Of a stretch of 64,000 nucleotides of DNA, positions 38,979 through 53,215 are shown piece after piece; positions within the stretch are counted from its first letter, which is position 1, and each line of letters opens with the position of its first letter. The stretch is taken from NCBI GenBank assembly GCA_038496445.1, contig JALMLS010000050.1:23046-87045 (forward strand). The letters are read 5' to 3'. This DNA comes from Trichosphaerium sp. ATCC 40318. Lineage: Eukaryota > Protista > Tubulinea. Under the pieces are notes generated by a model, which searched no databases, was not told the origin of the DNA, and worked only from the letters and a program-made list of their open reading frames with translations. A program made the position numbers and the translations under genes.

Positions 38979-41900
38979 ATGAGCAACACACCAGAAGGTA
39001 GTGACGGCGAACAAGAGGAGGAAAAACCAGTCAATTTGCCGTTTGGTATTGATAAATCACAATTACAAGACAATTCGTTAGATGTGCGTTTAAAAATGAA
39101 GAAACTATTCTCACTGTACGCAAGGGGATCAATGTAGAGCGATTAAAACAACAGAACTTGAAAAAAAAGAAAAACCCATTCCAAGCCCACAAACAAGCCA
39201 AACAGCGCAAAAAACTGGTATGTTTACGCGTTAATTGCTATTGTTTAGCCTTTATTAGGAGGAAGAAGCTCAAGCAAAGGCAGTGTTAGAAGAATCTCTC
39301 AAGTACTTCACCGATGATACACCAGCAGGTTTATGGCGATAATTTTTATAAATGCTTCATAAAATCAACTGAAAACCACCTAAACGCGCCCAGGTCAAAC
39401 ATTTGTGCGTGGTGGAACCATAGTACAAACGGACACGAAACAAATTGAGGTGACACCGGAACAAAAAACAAAAAACGCTCTAAACCGTTACCACAGGTGA
39501 AAGGAAACGCGTCAGAGTACAAACTGGACGCTACAGGGTCACAAAAGAAATCTAAACCAAAATCAGCAGGACTACGCGAAAACGCGTTTAGTACTATGGT
39601 AGCCAACTCTATAAAGACACCCAAAAGGAAGAAGGAAGCTAAGAAAACAAGAGTCATAGATACACTCGTAGATGAGCTCAAACGGTACGATAAAAATGAG
39701 AAATCCTTCACCCCGAACATTTTGACACTTAGAACCTTGAGTGGTTTTTTCTCCTAAAATGAGTGTAACTGTTACTAATGAATTAAAAACAGTACTCAAG
39801 AACTAAGAGAGAAACAAAAAGAACTATACAAGGTAGATAGACGCCAGATTTAAAAAAGTGACATTTTATTCCAAATTCGTAACTGTTTTAATCACTCTCC
39901 TTAAAGAAAATTGGACGTGCTGCAATGGATTCAGAAGGATCAAATTATGATGATCCTGCAAGCTGTAACCTTTATCTATCAAACCTATCCCAAGAAGTTA
40001 CAGATGAAATGTTGTATAAAGTGTTTAGAAGGTACTGTTTTTAAACTAGCGCCAACTTTAGTTGATTTACTATGAAATTTAGATATGGACAAATAGCCAG
40101 TATTAAGATAATGTGGCCGAGAAACGATGATCCTGATAGACCTAGAAGAACCAAAAATACTGGGTTTATCAATTTTACTACACGCCATGATGCTGAAGGC
40201 GCTAAAAGAGCTATTGATGGCACTATATTATGTGGTAGTGACATACGTATAGGTACATACTTTTATATTAATTACCGATGCTGTTTTCTTACATGGTACA
40301 AAGGTTGGGGCCGTTCAATACCTGCTCGTGGTCGTATATATGTACCGCCATCGTTACAAGGCCAACACGGTCATACTTCACATCACACACCAATCCGCCA
40401 AGCAAGGCAACCAGCACCTCAAGCTGCTGTACGTTTATGAGCTTGTTTTAGTTTAAAATATTTACTTTGGTTATAGAGCGCACCAGTCTCGTTACCTCCA
40501 AATATACCTCAAATTAGAGTTCAAGTTCCTTCGTTGGGAAGTAAAGAAATTATAGATGCACTGGCGCAGCAGATTATACAACACGGTTTCAGATTCGAGG
40601 TAAAGCTATTATCATGTGCTCTTTTATTAAGGTTCTTTGCTAGCAATATTTGTGCGAAAAGGTAGCACAGCAACAACCAGAGCTCAGCTTTTTGTTTCAA
40701 TATGGCTCTCCTGATAATATGTATTATCGCTGGAGAGTATATTCTCTCTATCAGGTAAACTCTTTCATTATTACTGTAAACGCTCACAAATTAAGGGTGA
40801 CACGTTGACAAAGTGGAGAACATCTCCCTTTCAAATGTTTAGTGGCGGCGCATTTTGGATACCACCTCCACCGCCTTTAGACTCTTCTACTTCAAGCCAA
40901 GCAGCAAATAGCGTAACAACAGCTACTGATTACGAACTACAAGGTAAGTAATATAATAACAGGTAAGTTCTAATCATCTCAGGCGCCGAGTTCTTCCGTA
41001 AATATGACGGCCGTTATAAACCGCTATCTGATGAGGTAACTACAGCCTTACGTGTTATTATCAACCTAATTGTATAATAGGAACGAGATATACTCACTGA
41101 CGCTCTACGAGATCTTACTATGTCAAGAAAACGTATTAAAAGCCTTATGGGTTTTTGCATTGATCACTCTGAGTCTGCGCCTGAGGTAAGCTTTTACTAT
41201 TTTTTTGTTGTTACTATCTCACTTTATTCTCAAACAAACGTTTATAGATTGTTCAAGTTATTACAGACTCTCTACTGCTCTTAAAAACTTCCTTATCATT
41301 GAAGTTGAGCCGATTGTTCCTCATTTCTGATGTACTCCATAACAGTTCAGTAAAAGCAGGTGCTTCACTGTTCAGAACAGGGTATGCTTGTTTTCGGTTA
41401 CTTTTGATACACTTTTGATGTGACGTATCTAGCTTCCAAGAGACGCTTCCACAAATTCTTGAGAGCTTCAACAAGCGATGGCGAAGTATTGTGGGTAGGA
41501 TGACAGCCAACAATCTACAGGTAAGCAGGTTTTTTTTGTCGAAAACAAAAATGATAGTTGTCGTTTGCAATAAGTTTGTGTTTAACCATTTTTCTCTTCT
41601 ACTTAGGATCAAATTACTCAAATAATAAAAATATGGGAAAACTGGGAGTTGTATCCACAAAAAATAACAGATCAATTTAAAAAAGTGTTTATGAATAAGG
41701 TACAAGAAACTACTTCTTTTCTTTGCTTTTTTGTTAAGGTTGCATTATTTTGAAGAAAAATACACGGAGAGGCGGACTGCGAGCAGCTGTTCCTTCAAGA
41801 CCTTCATTCTTCTGTCATTTCTAGTGTCTTACTCATTCTTCTTTTAGGAACCTAAATCTGTTATCAAGTTTATCCCTCCTTTAGGAGTAAAAATGTCTGC

Positions 41901-42553
41901 ATATAAGCCATATCTTAACCGTCCACTGTTTTCTGAAGAAAAAGAACAACAAGCACCGCCTCCAAGACCAATAATTGATGTTCCTATGCCACAAGCACCA
42001 CCTGTTCAACCAAAAGACGAAATAACGGGAGAAGTGCTCTCAAAATTGAGGCAAATTGAAGTAAGTCCTTTAATTAACTCCACTTATTCTTAATGCATCT
42101 TGTAGCAACGCATGTCGTCCAAAAAAGAACCGTACGTCTCCAATGTGTAAAGCTTTTGGTGTTACTCTTTGCATAGCGTTTATGTTATACATCGCTAACG
42201 ATACCATAGGAACCCTAGTGTATCCAGAGGCAGAGCTAGGTGCGCTACTAATGAATTATTTTCGTGTTCAGCTGGCTGACATACTATAAGATCTCCAAGG
42301 AGACGAGAAAGATCACGATCAAGAAGCCCTTCCAGCAGCTACTCATCCTCTTCACGATCACGCAGTCCAAGTAGGTCCTCACGCAAACGAAGTCGCTACA
42401 GATCTAGTTCACGATCGAGAGAACAGAGAAAGCGACGGTATAGATCAAGATCTAGGTATGTGATTTCGTTTCTTGAGCTAAGGGTCATAACGCACTAATA
42501 GGTCGTCATCTTATGACAGAAGAAAGCGTAGACGCCGTTCTCGTAGCCGATAA
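38979..42553 (+). CDS. U2SURP: U2 snRNP-associated SURP motif-containing protein (SR140)
   Basis: RRM (NLYLSNLSQEV..YGQIASIKIMWPR...GFINF...IGWGR), SURP (IIQHGFRFE...YYRWRVYSLYQG), CID (LSRLFLISDVLHNS) and RS-rich C-terminus. Confidence 0.92.
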
Positions 42554-42767
42554 ACCAAGCTTGTTGTTATTAAAATGTAGAATTCGTTTGATCAATGTTT
42601 ATTATTTGGTGTACTTGTGCGCTATTTCGCCTTGTGGACAAGCAAGATATCATGGTAAAATGCGAGTTGCGTTCATTAAAATATGTCGGCTTTGAGCAAG
42701 TTTGACGGTCAAAAAATGCAGTTTTGCTAGTTTTACTTTTGCTTTACTGCAACGGCGAATACATACT

Positions 42768-43124
42768 ATGTCTTCCAAAACAAAGAAGTCCAGTAAAAAG
42801 AAGAAGACACCTAGAGCCTCAAAAAAGGCAAATTCTAACAAAACGCGACACCAAGTCGATTGGGAGCAGCGAGAGTGGATTCAAAACGCCCAGAACAATA
42901 TTGTTAAGATTACTGAGTTTTTGAACAAATTTGGTACGAGAGCAACGCTGTGCGCGTGTAAATACTAATGTGTATAGAATTATCCACTCGATCGCGATTA
43001 TCAAAACTGAACGAAAAATTAAGCTTCCTAGAGCGCCGCATGGTACACTAATAAACCTGAGCGCTACTAACGCTAAATGTAGACTTTTTTGGAAGCTCAA
43101 CTCGAAACCCTACCTGACGCTTAG
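42768..43124 (+). CDS. BRK1: BRICK1/HSPC300 subunit of the SCAR/WAVE complex
   Basis: DWEQREWIQNAQNNIVKITEFLNKFELSTRSRLSKLNEKLSFLERRMTFLEA after removing two introns. Confidence 0.93.
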
Positions 43125-43488
43125 GTCTCTACTACTGCACCTCCTTGCTTCTCCGTCACATTAACTTAATAGCGTAATCGCTGTAATCCTGTAATAGCGA
43201 CGTAATTGTCGTTTCTATGTACAAATACTAACAACAAAAAAAAATTTGATCAAACTGCCTTCTGACATTACCCTTGGACACTCACAGAGCTAATATTAAC
43301 GCCTACCGAACGGTGAAAAACGTTAAATGACTCAAGTCAGAAACAATTGAAGGCGTTCTGTCTGTATATCACAATAATTGTATTTTAACATAGCAACGTT
43401 GATTTTCTGCCGTTACAACGCCGGTTGTTTACAACAAAGAACTTGACCGAATGTGACTTTGAACAGAATTGACACTTGATACGTAATA

Positions 43489-44044
43489 ATGGCTGAGGTT
43501 GCAACACCTGTGCCTAAAGACTGGGTGTGCGTGTATCCAGTATATATTAACTCTCAAAAATCGCAAACAGCAGGCAGAAAGCTTGCCAAAACAAAATGTG
43601 TAGAAAATCCAACACTAGAAGAGATGTATGGTAGTTGTCAAGAAATTGGCGTCGAATGTAGACCTGAAGTACGTGGCAACACCAATATCCGTTCCAATGT
43701 CGTTCTCTACGCTTTTATTAACGTTATAAACACAATAGATACAAAAGGTTCATCCAAAGGATTTTGCTTGCCCTGGGCGTATGCGTGTTCGTCTATTCAA
43801 CGATAAAAAAGAGCCAATACACCCTTTAATCAAGACAAGTGCGTACAATTTACAGAAAAACGCTTAACAAATTCTTACGTCTTGAAACTCTCACCTCACG
43901 CTTTGCTACTGCGTAAATACGCTGTTTCTAACTTTTTTGACAGGAAATCAGCTTTTTGAAGCTATATCACAAAACATTCCTGCTGTTCGTGCTAAGAAGG
44001 CTAAATCAGGTGGCCGTAGAAGGAAACGCAACAAGAAAAATTAG
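43489..44044 (+). CDS. SRP19: Signal recognition particle 19 kDa protein
   Basis: WVCVYPVYINSQKSQTAGRKLAKTKCVENPT...KVHPKDFACPGRMRV; basic C-terminus. Confidence 0.95.
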
Positions 44045-44276
44045 GTTGGTTGTAAACTAGTCACATAAAATCCACAAATGTACATTTTTTTCAAAATCCT
44101 TTGTTTTTGTTGTTCCGCTTGTTACTCCCTTCATACCACATCAAAACATTTGATGCGCAATATGTTTATGTACAGCTGCATATACAACATACGTGAGCGT
44201 GTCTTAATACTGCTTTTATTAAATCTCTATTTTTCTCAAACAAAATGACGTTGGATTCTTTTGCCTGCCTTTCTAA

Positions 44277-47200
44277 CTACTTTTTGCTCCTCTTGGCGCA
44301 TAATTTGCGGTGTGCTTGCTGGACTTTTGCGTATTGTTCTTTGAGCGTCTCGTCTCTATTTCCTTTTCCTTCAAGCAACTTGACACCTTCAGCAAGAACG
44401 TCCATTTGCACTGACAAAGCCTTTTTCAAGATTCTCAGATTTTTCTTGCGGCGTGTTACATCAACGTCTGCTGTATCAAAGAATGTCTCATATGTTTTAA
44501 GGCGAGCAAGAGTAGTCAATACTTCACCTACATATTTATAAGTAATGAACCCACGTGATAAAGAGAACGAGAAACAAAATTTTTTTTTGAGAATGTTCAT
44601 CTTGATTTGAAGCTAACGGTTGTTGTGTACCTCTTAAAATAAGCGCAAATGATTCAAGAGCATCAGCACTATCTAGTTGAGTGTACTTCTGAACTGTATA
44701 CCTTAATCCTTCCGTCTTAACAAACACTTGATGAGCAGCATTCTCGATGCTGTCCAAATCGATCTAAAACAAATATCAAAAAAACAATAGAATGCTTGGA
44801 CCTTTTCGTTTTCCTTTTCTGAAAAACTTACCTGCTTCTCCTCAACAACAAGATTTCTTGTGAAAATATTAGGAAATTTCTTCTCAGTCAAGAAATAGTG
44901 TCTAGTACAGACAGTGTTTCCTTTAGCTTGTTTAGAACTTTTTGGTGCTGTACAAGAGAATGTTGAGTATGTCCTATCAAACGCCCTAAAGATCATGATT
45001 AACCCAATGCCTTGTAACTTTCATCATAAGCTAGATGGTTTACCTTGTCTCTTCGATAAGAACGCGATCTTCATCCACTAACTTTTCGGTTGTTGGATCA
45101 ACAGGACAAATCTGAATAACTGAAAAAAACCCATTAAATGAGAAACAGAACAAACGGCGAACCGCCTCATAGACTGTCTTTTCAAAGTACCTTGCTTGCT
45201 GCTACGGGCATCTACCGGAGCACTGTTCGCAATACCATCATGAACTGCCTCAAAGAAGCTGATAATCTATTCAAGATTAAGCAATCTAATTTCAGGTATT
45301 AAATGATCGTACCGTTGCTCTTGGGAATCTTCTTTGTAGGTAATTCTTGAAAAGAGATAAACTCTCTAATGCATGTCTTCTATATATATAACGCTTATCT
45401 CTATATGAAGCATCAAATCCATCTCCATAAAACCCAGCACAGAAGTATTCACTGTTGAACCTAAAATCAAAACTAGTTAGAAAAAGAATTTCTGGTGTGA
45501 AGCTGCTGTGTACCTCTCTTTGTCAAGAATTTTGCTGTAGAACTGAGATTGTTGAAGCTATTAATATCGGTTAGTAGAAATAATCTTAAAGGTGCGTCTG
45601 AGCGTGCCAAGATTGAGCTTATTAATCTGAGATTTCTTTGTTTTTTCTTTAAATGTCTATGAACGTCATTTAGTAATCCAATAGCGCTTTCCCACAAGAA
45701 ACCATTGTCAAAGTTCTGTATGGCAGTTTGAATGATAGTAAGCTAAACCAAAATCATTAGAACGAGGCACAAACAAAGAGATAATCCATAAAACAATAAT
45801 TTACTTACCTTCCTCTCTGCTCTTGTAGCAGAAGGTAATCCAAGAGTAGGGTCAGCAGGCAACTCAACATTCTTCCAGTCAAGCATATTGGCTTAAAATA
45901 ATTGTTAAACATTAATTAATCTTCAAAAGCATGTACCATGAAGAAGCAAGGCGTGTGCAGCCTCTGCATAATTTCCTAGACGTGCGTGCCTAAAATTTTG
46001 TAATTGACCAACTCACACGTGTTTTTACTAGATTTCACGTGATGAAAAAACAAGAAAAAGTACCTATCAGCTAGTTGATGACAGTAACGTATGTACAACT
46101 TCGTCCTATTCGTTTCCTGCAAGTGATTCTTTTTGAACGCAAACAAGTTAGTGCTTGCACTCTTCATGTTTTTTTTCAAAACAAGCATTTAATCGTACAA
46201 GTAGGTCTATGAATGCATCTGTCTTATCATCACTGTACTCAGGTGTCATTGGGATACTTTTGAACTTAAATAATAAGTCCATCAAAGCTACGAGTTGTAG
46301 TAGAAAAGTGCCAAGGAGCTTTTTAAGTTCACTGCTTGTGATATCATCAACAAATGGTTGAAGCCTTTATTGAAAAAAAGTTAGTTTGTCATCAGGATAC
46401 TTTCTTTAGTTAACGAACTCTGTAGCAAAGAATTTGGAGAATTCCTCGTCTAAGTGACCTACATCGAATAACGCAGCAACTTGATGCATGACTGATAGGA
46501 AAAAAGGTCAGGGACAGCAAACTGGTAATATAAACTTGCCTTGACTTGATATTTCCCTTATGGATTTACTGTACTTATATTCTCCTGTTTGAGTCATGTT
46601 AAAGGGAGATGGATACGATTAATAACGTGTAAATACCTTGAATAAGACCAAAGAATAAATCCAAGCCGACACGTTTAACATCACGTTGCTTAATCTGAGG
46701 CAATTATCGTAAGCAAAAAAAACCTTGGGATTAAATGATGTGCGGTTCTATTCGTTCAAATCCTACTTTTTTTCCTCCACCCCACAGAAACAACTTACGT
46801 TTTATTTTGATAACAACAATAGTATGGTAAGTGATGTGGAAAAAAAGCGAGAATTTGACCGATCCGAACTTGTAATTTCGTACCAAAAGTAATTCGATAG
46901 ATTGACCAATCAAGTGAGATCGGAAGTATACTTGATGCTTACCAAGTGCTTTCCAAAGGTTCCCAAATAAAGTGCAAACATCAACACGCATATCTCCAAA
47001 GAGCTATTCATAGTTAAAAATAAAAAGCAAAGTAAGAAAAAAGACAGAAATGGTGTTTACCCTTCGAATGACTGTTGTCTTCTCTGGACTAAACCCTTCA
47101 AGTGCAAGTGTCTTAGACCGTAGAAAAGCCATAGTTAAAGATGTGAAAGCTTTTAATATCTTCAACTCATCACCAGATATACCATGAACAGCGTTAGAGA

Positions 47201-50200
47201 TATCATTCTCAGAAACAGAAGGTTTCGGTATTTTTTTGAATGCACCGCTAAATGTACTTATCAGAACAATCACAGAAATTCACTACCACGTGCAAGTATT
47301 ATTGCGTTTACTTCTCAAGTTACCTTGAGTTAAAATCCACAACTTGAGAAGTAAACGCAGCGCAAAAACAAAAAAAATTCTAGGCGTTTTGGAAGATACA
47401 CATTGTATCCTGCAGGTATCACATGATTTGTACGTACAGTTTTGGTGTTCCATTAAATACAACTGTGTAACGCATTCCCTTTTTTGCACGTTTTGTTGTA
47501 CGTCTGCGAGGTTTAATAGGATCCATACGTGATGGTGGAGGAGTTTCCGCTTGGGATTCATCTATTACAACGCCTGGACCAGCCACAGCTACAGTCTTAG
47601 ATCTCGTACGTTCTCTACACAAACAGACATTAAGACAAAGAAAAAACAAGGAAAGGAAGGCCAACATGAATACGGGAGCGAAAAACAAGATTCAAAAAAT
47701 AAACCAAAAGAATGTCTTGCCTGTGCGTTGACATGAAGTTTGAAGACTTTCCACCTTCGTTACGAGGTTTTGAAGGTTTATAAGGTTCTGAGGATCTTGA
47801 AGTTGTCGATGTAGCTGTGTATCGGCTTGCTACCATTGGTGTTCCTACTTCAAGTATGTAGAGAATAGTAGAGAATTGAAACATTAAGACTGTAAGCCAT
47901 TCATCAGGGAATATTGTTGATGAAATCAATTGTTGTAGCAGTTCAAATAACGTTGCAATAAATGGCTGTAATAATCAGTTACTTACTTCTAAACTGTTAA
48001 TAAAGTCTTTAAGTAACGTACAGGCTTGTCTTCCTTTGTGGCGACTTTAATAAAATCTTCTTTAGATATCAACTATAGGAGGTCAGAAGAAAGTTGACAT
48101 TGAAATAAAAACACATGCACAGATGACACCAAAAAAAAAAAAGTAGAGGATACTACACGTGTATTTATTCCAGGCGCATCAAGGTAAAGGTGATAGAACA
48201 AAGGTAGAAATTGTAATTGAGTAATAAAATTGGTTGCTTTCTGTGATGTGTGGTTTTCTTTTTTTTTGCCTCGTACCTTGATTATGGCGAACATTACGTA
48301 AACAAGAGTATCGATAGACTTTAAGTCATCCTTAAACTTACACACAGATTTAACCACATCCCTTAGAAGTGGTGCGAGAATACCTGGGTCAATACCCTAA
48401 GTTTAGTAAGCACACTTGTTTAAAGAACACAGTTGAAAAAGAGATAATCAAATAAGAGGTGTACCTTATCCTCTGCAATAGCTAGTAGCGTCGATATTAC
48501 ATAACTGCATTGAAGAATTTCTTCCTTGACTGTAGTATCCAAATGAAGGCTTACATTCCTTATAATGACAGACAATAACGTTTCACCTACAACACTTTTT
48601 TAGGAAGAACAAGCCAAAAAAAAATCTGCTTGACCTGTTCTTAACATTGGATCAGAGGCCAGTTGTTGCATTAAATCAAGTTTTTCTACATTAGAAAAAG
48701 CAAGGTCTGTTGAGTATGGAATATTCTCTACAAAGCTTGCAGCAAGTACTGATGTGTCTTCAGGACCCATGTAATCCTTCAACGCAGAAAGAATGCCATA
48801 AAAAGTCTAAGAAAAAATATGTCAAAAAAATCCCTTACTGACAATAACGTACCCTTATGGCTGTTGCTGTAAACCCTGCCAACAAAGCAGACTAATAATA
48901 TCAAAGTTAAAAAACCTGGAGTGAGTTCACAAAGCGAACCTGTTTAGCCATCATTATACCAACATCTGTTACAAACTGCATTATCATTCTCTTTGTTTGA
49001 TCTTCATCTCCAGCTCTTGCTGCTGAAGAGGCTACAAGCTATACGTAACATTAATATCACAAAGAAAAGTATGGTTTTGTAACATACCCTGAATAAGTGC
49101 TTTGTAGTCTAAACCGAACAATAAGTAAGCAAAGACAAAGACAAAGAAACAAAACCGTGCCTTTAGAATATTTATTGCAAATGACGGATCTTCTTGAGCA
49201 TTTCTTATTGCTGCATTTATTTTTGGCATTAAATGCAAGTGCGCAGTTTTACTTTTAAATATACGCGTTACATATAAATCAAACGCTAAAAAATTATCAC
49301 GTGTTGGTAAGAAGGAAAAAAGCGAGAAAAAAAAGTTTCTTTCAAAAAAACTTACTTGAAGCAAAAACAGTTCTCTTTTCGTCCATCAACTTCGTTGTCG
49401 TACTAAGCACATACACCAAAGCATTTATTCTAGTGTTGTTAGAAAAATTTAATACACACATGTGGACCATATTGGACATACACTAAATCCTGTACTTGAT
49501 GAGATTTGAGATCAAACTTGTTTTGATGAGCGCTTTCTAATATATTAAACAAATTATCAAAGTTCTCTGGAATGAACTATAAAAAACCGTGTAAGTGCAC
49601 TGACATACAGTTCTAACTTATTTATGTGCGTACTTTCATAAGCTCTACATCAGTTAATTTATGTGTAAAACATTCCAACACAGAAACAAGATCGTCAGGG
49701 TTACAATTCCGCCAGTTGAAGAAGCTCAAAAGAGTCTCTGATAAAGAAGTTACATAAAACGAAAATAGGTTCGGTCTTCATACCGTTTTGAGTGAAGTAT
49801 GTAGATATCAACTCACTCTTGAATTGGATATAGTCCTTTGATTTACGAGACTCATCTCCTTTTTTCACAAAGAAATTAGTTTGTACTATTGTTAGTTCTG
49901 TGAAATTATACCCTCAACAATATCTACGAACATGATAGACTTTGAACGGCATAAGTACTCCTGGTGTACACCATCCGCTAAAGCCTTACACATGCCAGTA
50001 ACTAATGGAATAAAAGTCTTGAGACAATCCTTCTCCTGACCTAACATTGAAAGTTAGACTATTTTTGAGGATGTCATGTGATTGAATTGAACATACGCTC
50101 AGAGGAAGTACAGTTCCTCACAACAATCTGTAAATGGCACATTTTAAAGTCATCTGGATCTAGAGATATCTTGAAAGTCTCTTCATACGATGGGTTCATG

Positions 50201-52926
50201 CAATGATACAGAAGAAAACTCCTAAAAGCAAAGTTACACCTTTGCATACACCAAAGTGTATAGTACCTATACTCTGAGACAGGTTTCCCATTACCACCAA
50301 TCTTAATGCAACCCTAGAACGCTTTTAGAACGACTAGCAATGCTATATGTGTACCTCAATTGGCTTGCTAGTCAAATTGTTGCACACATTAATTACGACT
50401 TCCCATGATTTTTCGCTCTTGTGTGTAAAGTGTCCTAGTAAACTTGTGATTACTAGTGATACCATAATTATACAATAAAGCAATTAATTACCTTGTTGAA
50501 GTGTTATGAACAGCTCATTTCTAGTCGATGTTGGATCGGTTATCTAATCGGATTGTTAGAGTGCTTCAAACAATGAAGAGCCATAAAAAAAAAGCATTCG
50601 GGTTCCATACCTCAGGGCACCCTGGTTTAAATATGGGTATGACTTGGCGTAAATGAGGATATGCCAAACGAAGAGAAGAGTAAGTCCTAGCACGCGAATG
50701 ACGAAAAACTCAAGAAGGTAAGCTTCAAACGCACCCAGAAAAAAGACCAATAGCAAACACCACTTTATTGTTTGTTTGTTTGTTTTCGAGGTCTATCTTA
50801 TTCTCAAGTATCATTTGTGGTACCTTGCTAAAGTAGTTTTCTGAAGGTCCAGATACAGTTAATACATCAGCAGTGAACTCATCCATAACACCTCTCTTGT
50901 CCTAACAACAAAAAAGTAAGAAAATACGGAGAACTTCCAAAACAGATATTTTATGTTACTTACAAAGTCGATGCCTCGGAATACAGCAACGCCATATGGT
51001 CTCCTGTATGTTAGTCCAGTACTCTGGTTTTTCTTCTTCAATTTTCCCTTGGCGAAACATTAAGAGGCTTTGTTGTTGTGGTGAAGAAGTAAACAAACCT
51101 TTCTTATTATACGACAAACAATGCATAAATCAGAAGAAAAGTCAGCAGCAGAAATATCTCTGAAAAGTGCTGTTTGAAGACCACCTTGAAGCAAAAAGTT
51201 AAACCCACGTGATTCATGATTGTTACGTGTGATTTTATATACCTTGTTCAAAACTAGCGGCTAGTCCATTCACAGTAACAGAAACACAATACTCTTCAGT
51301 GATGAAGGTCTTTAGGTGCGTACTAACAAAAATGAGAAATCAAACATGTTGGACTGTCATTCTCACCTGAAGAGGCTGAAGTAGCATTCACTCTCTTCTC
51401 CACCGACCTAAACAGTGTTAGATATTCGTTTGTTGATTTACAAATAATATGTAAAGACGCACATCACATATTAGACACCTGAAACTGATGGCAATTTGAG
51501 TAAAGAAGTCGGATTTTGCAGTTTTTTTCTGGATTATCGCTTGTAATTTTTCACGACCCATACTGTCTGATCGTTCTCTTTGAGTACGCATCCTGCCTTC
51601 CCTCTACACCCCAACAGTCAATTAACCAATATAAAGCAAGTATAATCTTAATCATACCAAATGACTTATAAGTCTAGCACGTGTCCTCAAGTAGCTCTTC
51701 TCATTCTTGATATCTATCTTATTGTTTGCATGCTTTGAAAAAAAAGTTAAACGCAAAACACATCCAACTTATTCTTTTTTAAACCTTGGCGTATAATTCC
51801 ATTAAAGGCATCCTATCGCAATGTCAGAGTCTTGTTTTTGTTTTAAAACCAGTTTATTAGTACGTGTTATGTGTGAGTACTTCACCCTTTGCATTCCTCA
51901 GTAACTTGTAAACACCAAAACGTCTTCGACACTCTTCTATCTTTTCTAGCGCAAGTTGCTTCAGTTTTTCTGTTGCTTGTTGTCTCTAAAGGGGTAGCCA
52001 AAATGAGATGTAATAGGATCAATATATGATTACTTGATTGCCACCAGTAAGCTTGGCATGTATACTCAAGAGTTCTTCGATAGTTTTCTTCAAATAATGA
52101 TACTGCACGTGTTTGCCGTCCAGAAAATACTTGCGAAGTTCTACAACCCATTTTCGCAAGGCCTTTATTGCGTTAGGATTGAACACGACAGTATTCATCA
52201 CATACCAGTCTTAGCTGAGCGATAACACCATCTTTCTTCTCCTCTTCAAGTATGTGTACAAAACTAGCAGGGAAAATACCAATACCTAGCGTCACAAACA
52301 GTTAACGAGACGAAGAAAACTTTAGAAATAATAAAGACTTTTGACCTTGGTTTGGTTTATGCTTTATCGACCCTCTATACCATTGTTGTAAAGGCATGAA
52401 CGCATGAGTAATAACAACAATATCTCCTTGAAGTAAAGTATCAATAAAAGTTTTTAAACGTTAAATCACGATTGCATCGCAGACCACTAAGTAACATCTA
52501 AAACCACCTTTCATTTCACCCCACGTGATATTTTTTTTTGATCAAAAAAAGACGATGATAAAAACGTACCAAGTTGTAACTGTAGGTTCTTTGGTGCGTT
52601 ACCTTCGAAATTGCATATAGCTTGGATAAAGAAATTACGATAGGCACGTCGTTTACAGCAGTCAAGACATTTGAAACAAAAATCGCTTACCCACAGCGCG
52701 AAGACTTGTTGAGCACCATCTATCTACCTCTTTCTTTGGTTTTTTCTTCTTTTTACCTGGTTTCCCAACACCAAGTACTGACACGCTTATTATGTATTAG
52801 ATAGACTCTATTATACGCTATTTTATACCGTTTTGTTAGTTTTGGAGTATACACAGACGCTCCTCTTTTCCTACTGCCCTTATCGGCTGTATCCTTCTTT
52901 TTCTTGCTTGGCTTTTTGTATTCCAT
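44277..52926 (-). CDS. DOCK-family protein (SH3, DHR-1/C2, ARM, DHR-2; DOCK-A/B-like)
   Basis: SH3 (RW..SLRAVA..NFEG...GDIVVI...WYRG...GIFPASFVHI), YRRPYGVAV, RTKLYIRYCHQL..H...NYAEAAH, WESAIGL, YFCAGFYG, KFPNIFTR; about 45 introns. Confidence 0.92.
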
Positions 52927-53215
52927 TGCCTTGAGCAAGTTTCAAGCACTGTTCTAAACGTACAAGTACACATTTTGCAGGAGATCATTTGGTACTCTTA
53001 ATCCCTAGTCACAATTTAACTGTAAATAGCGTACAGTGTACGCTTACAGCTAGTGTTCAAGAATATTTAAACTACTAACAGTCTTACACTGACGTGTTAA
53101 ACAACGAAATTTCATTTTTATCTCGTCGACAAGAAAAAAAAAGGTTTTGACTTATTTTGGCTGTACAATCTCCTTATAGCTAGTGGCACCAACTGTACTT
53201 CTTGCAAACTCACAA

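Noticed and set aside
42768-52926. BRK1 and DOCK as a functional Rac-actin gene cluster
   Set aside because: Separated by SRP19 and in opposite orientation; cytoskeletal genes are abundant in amoebae, so chance proximity is likely.
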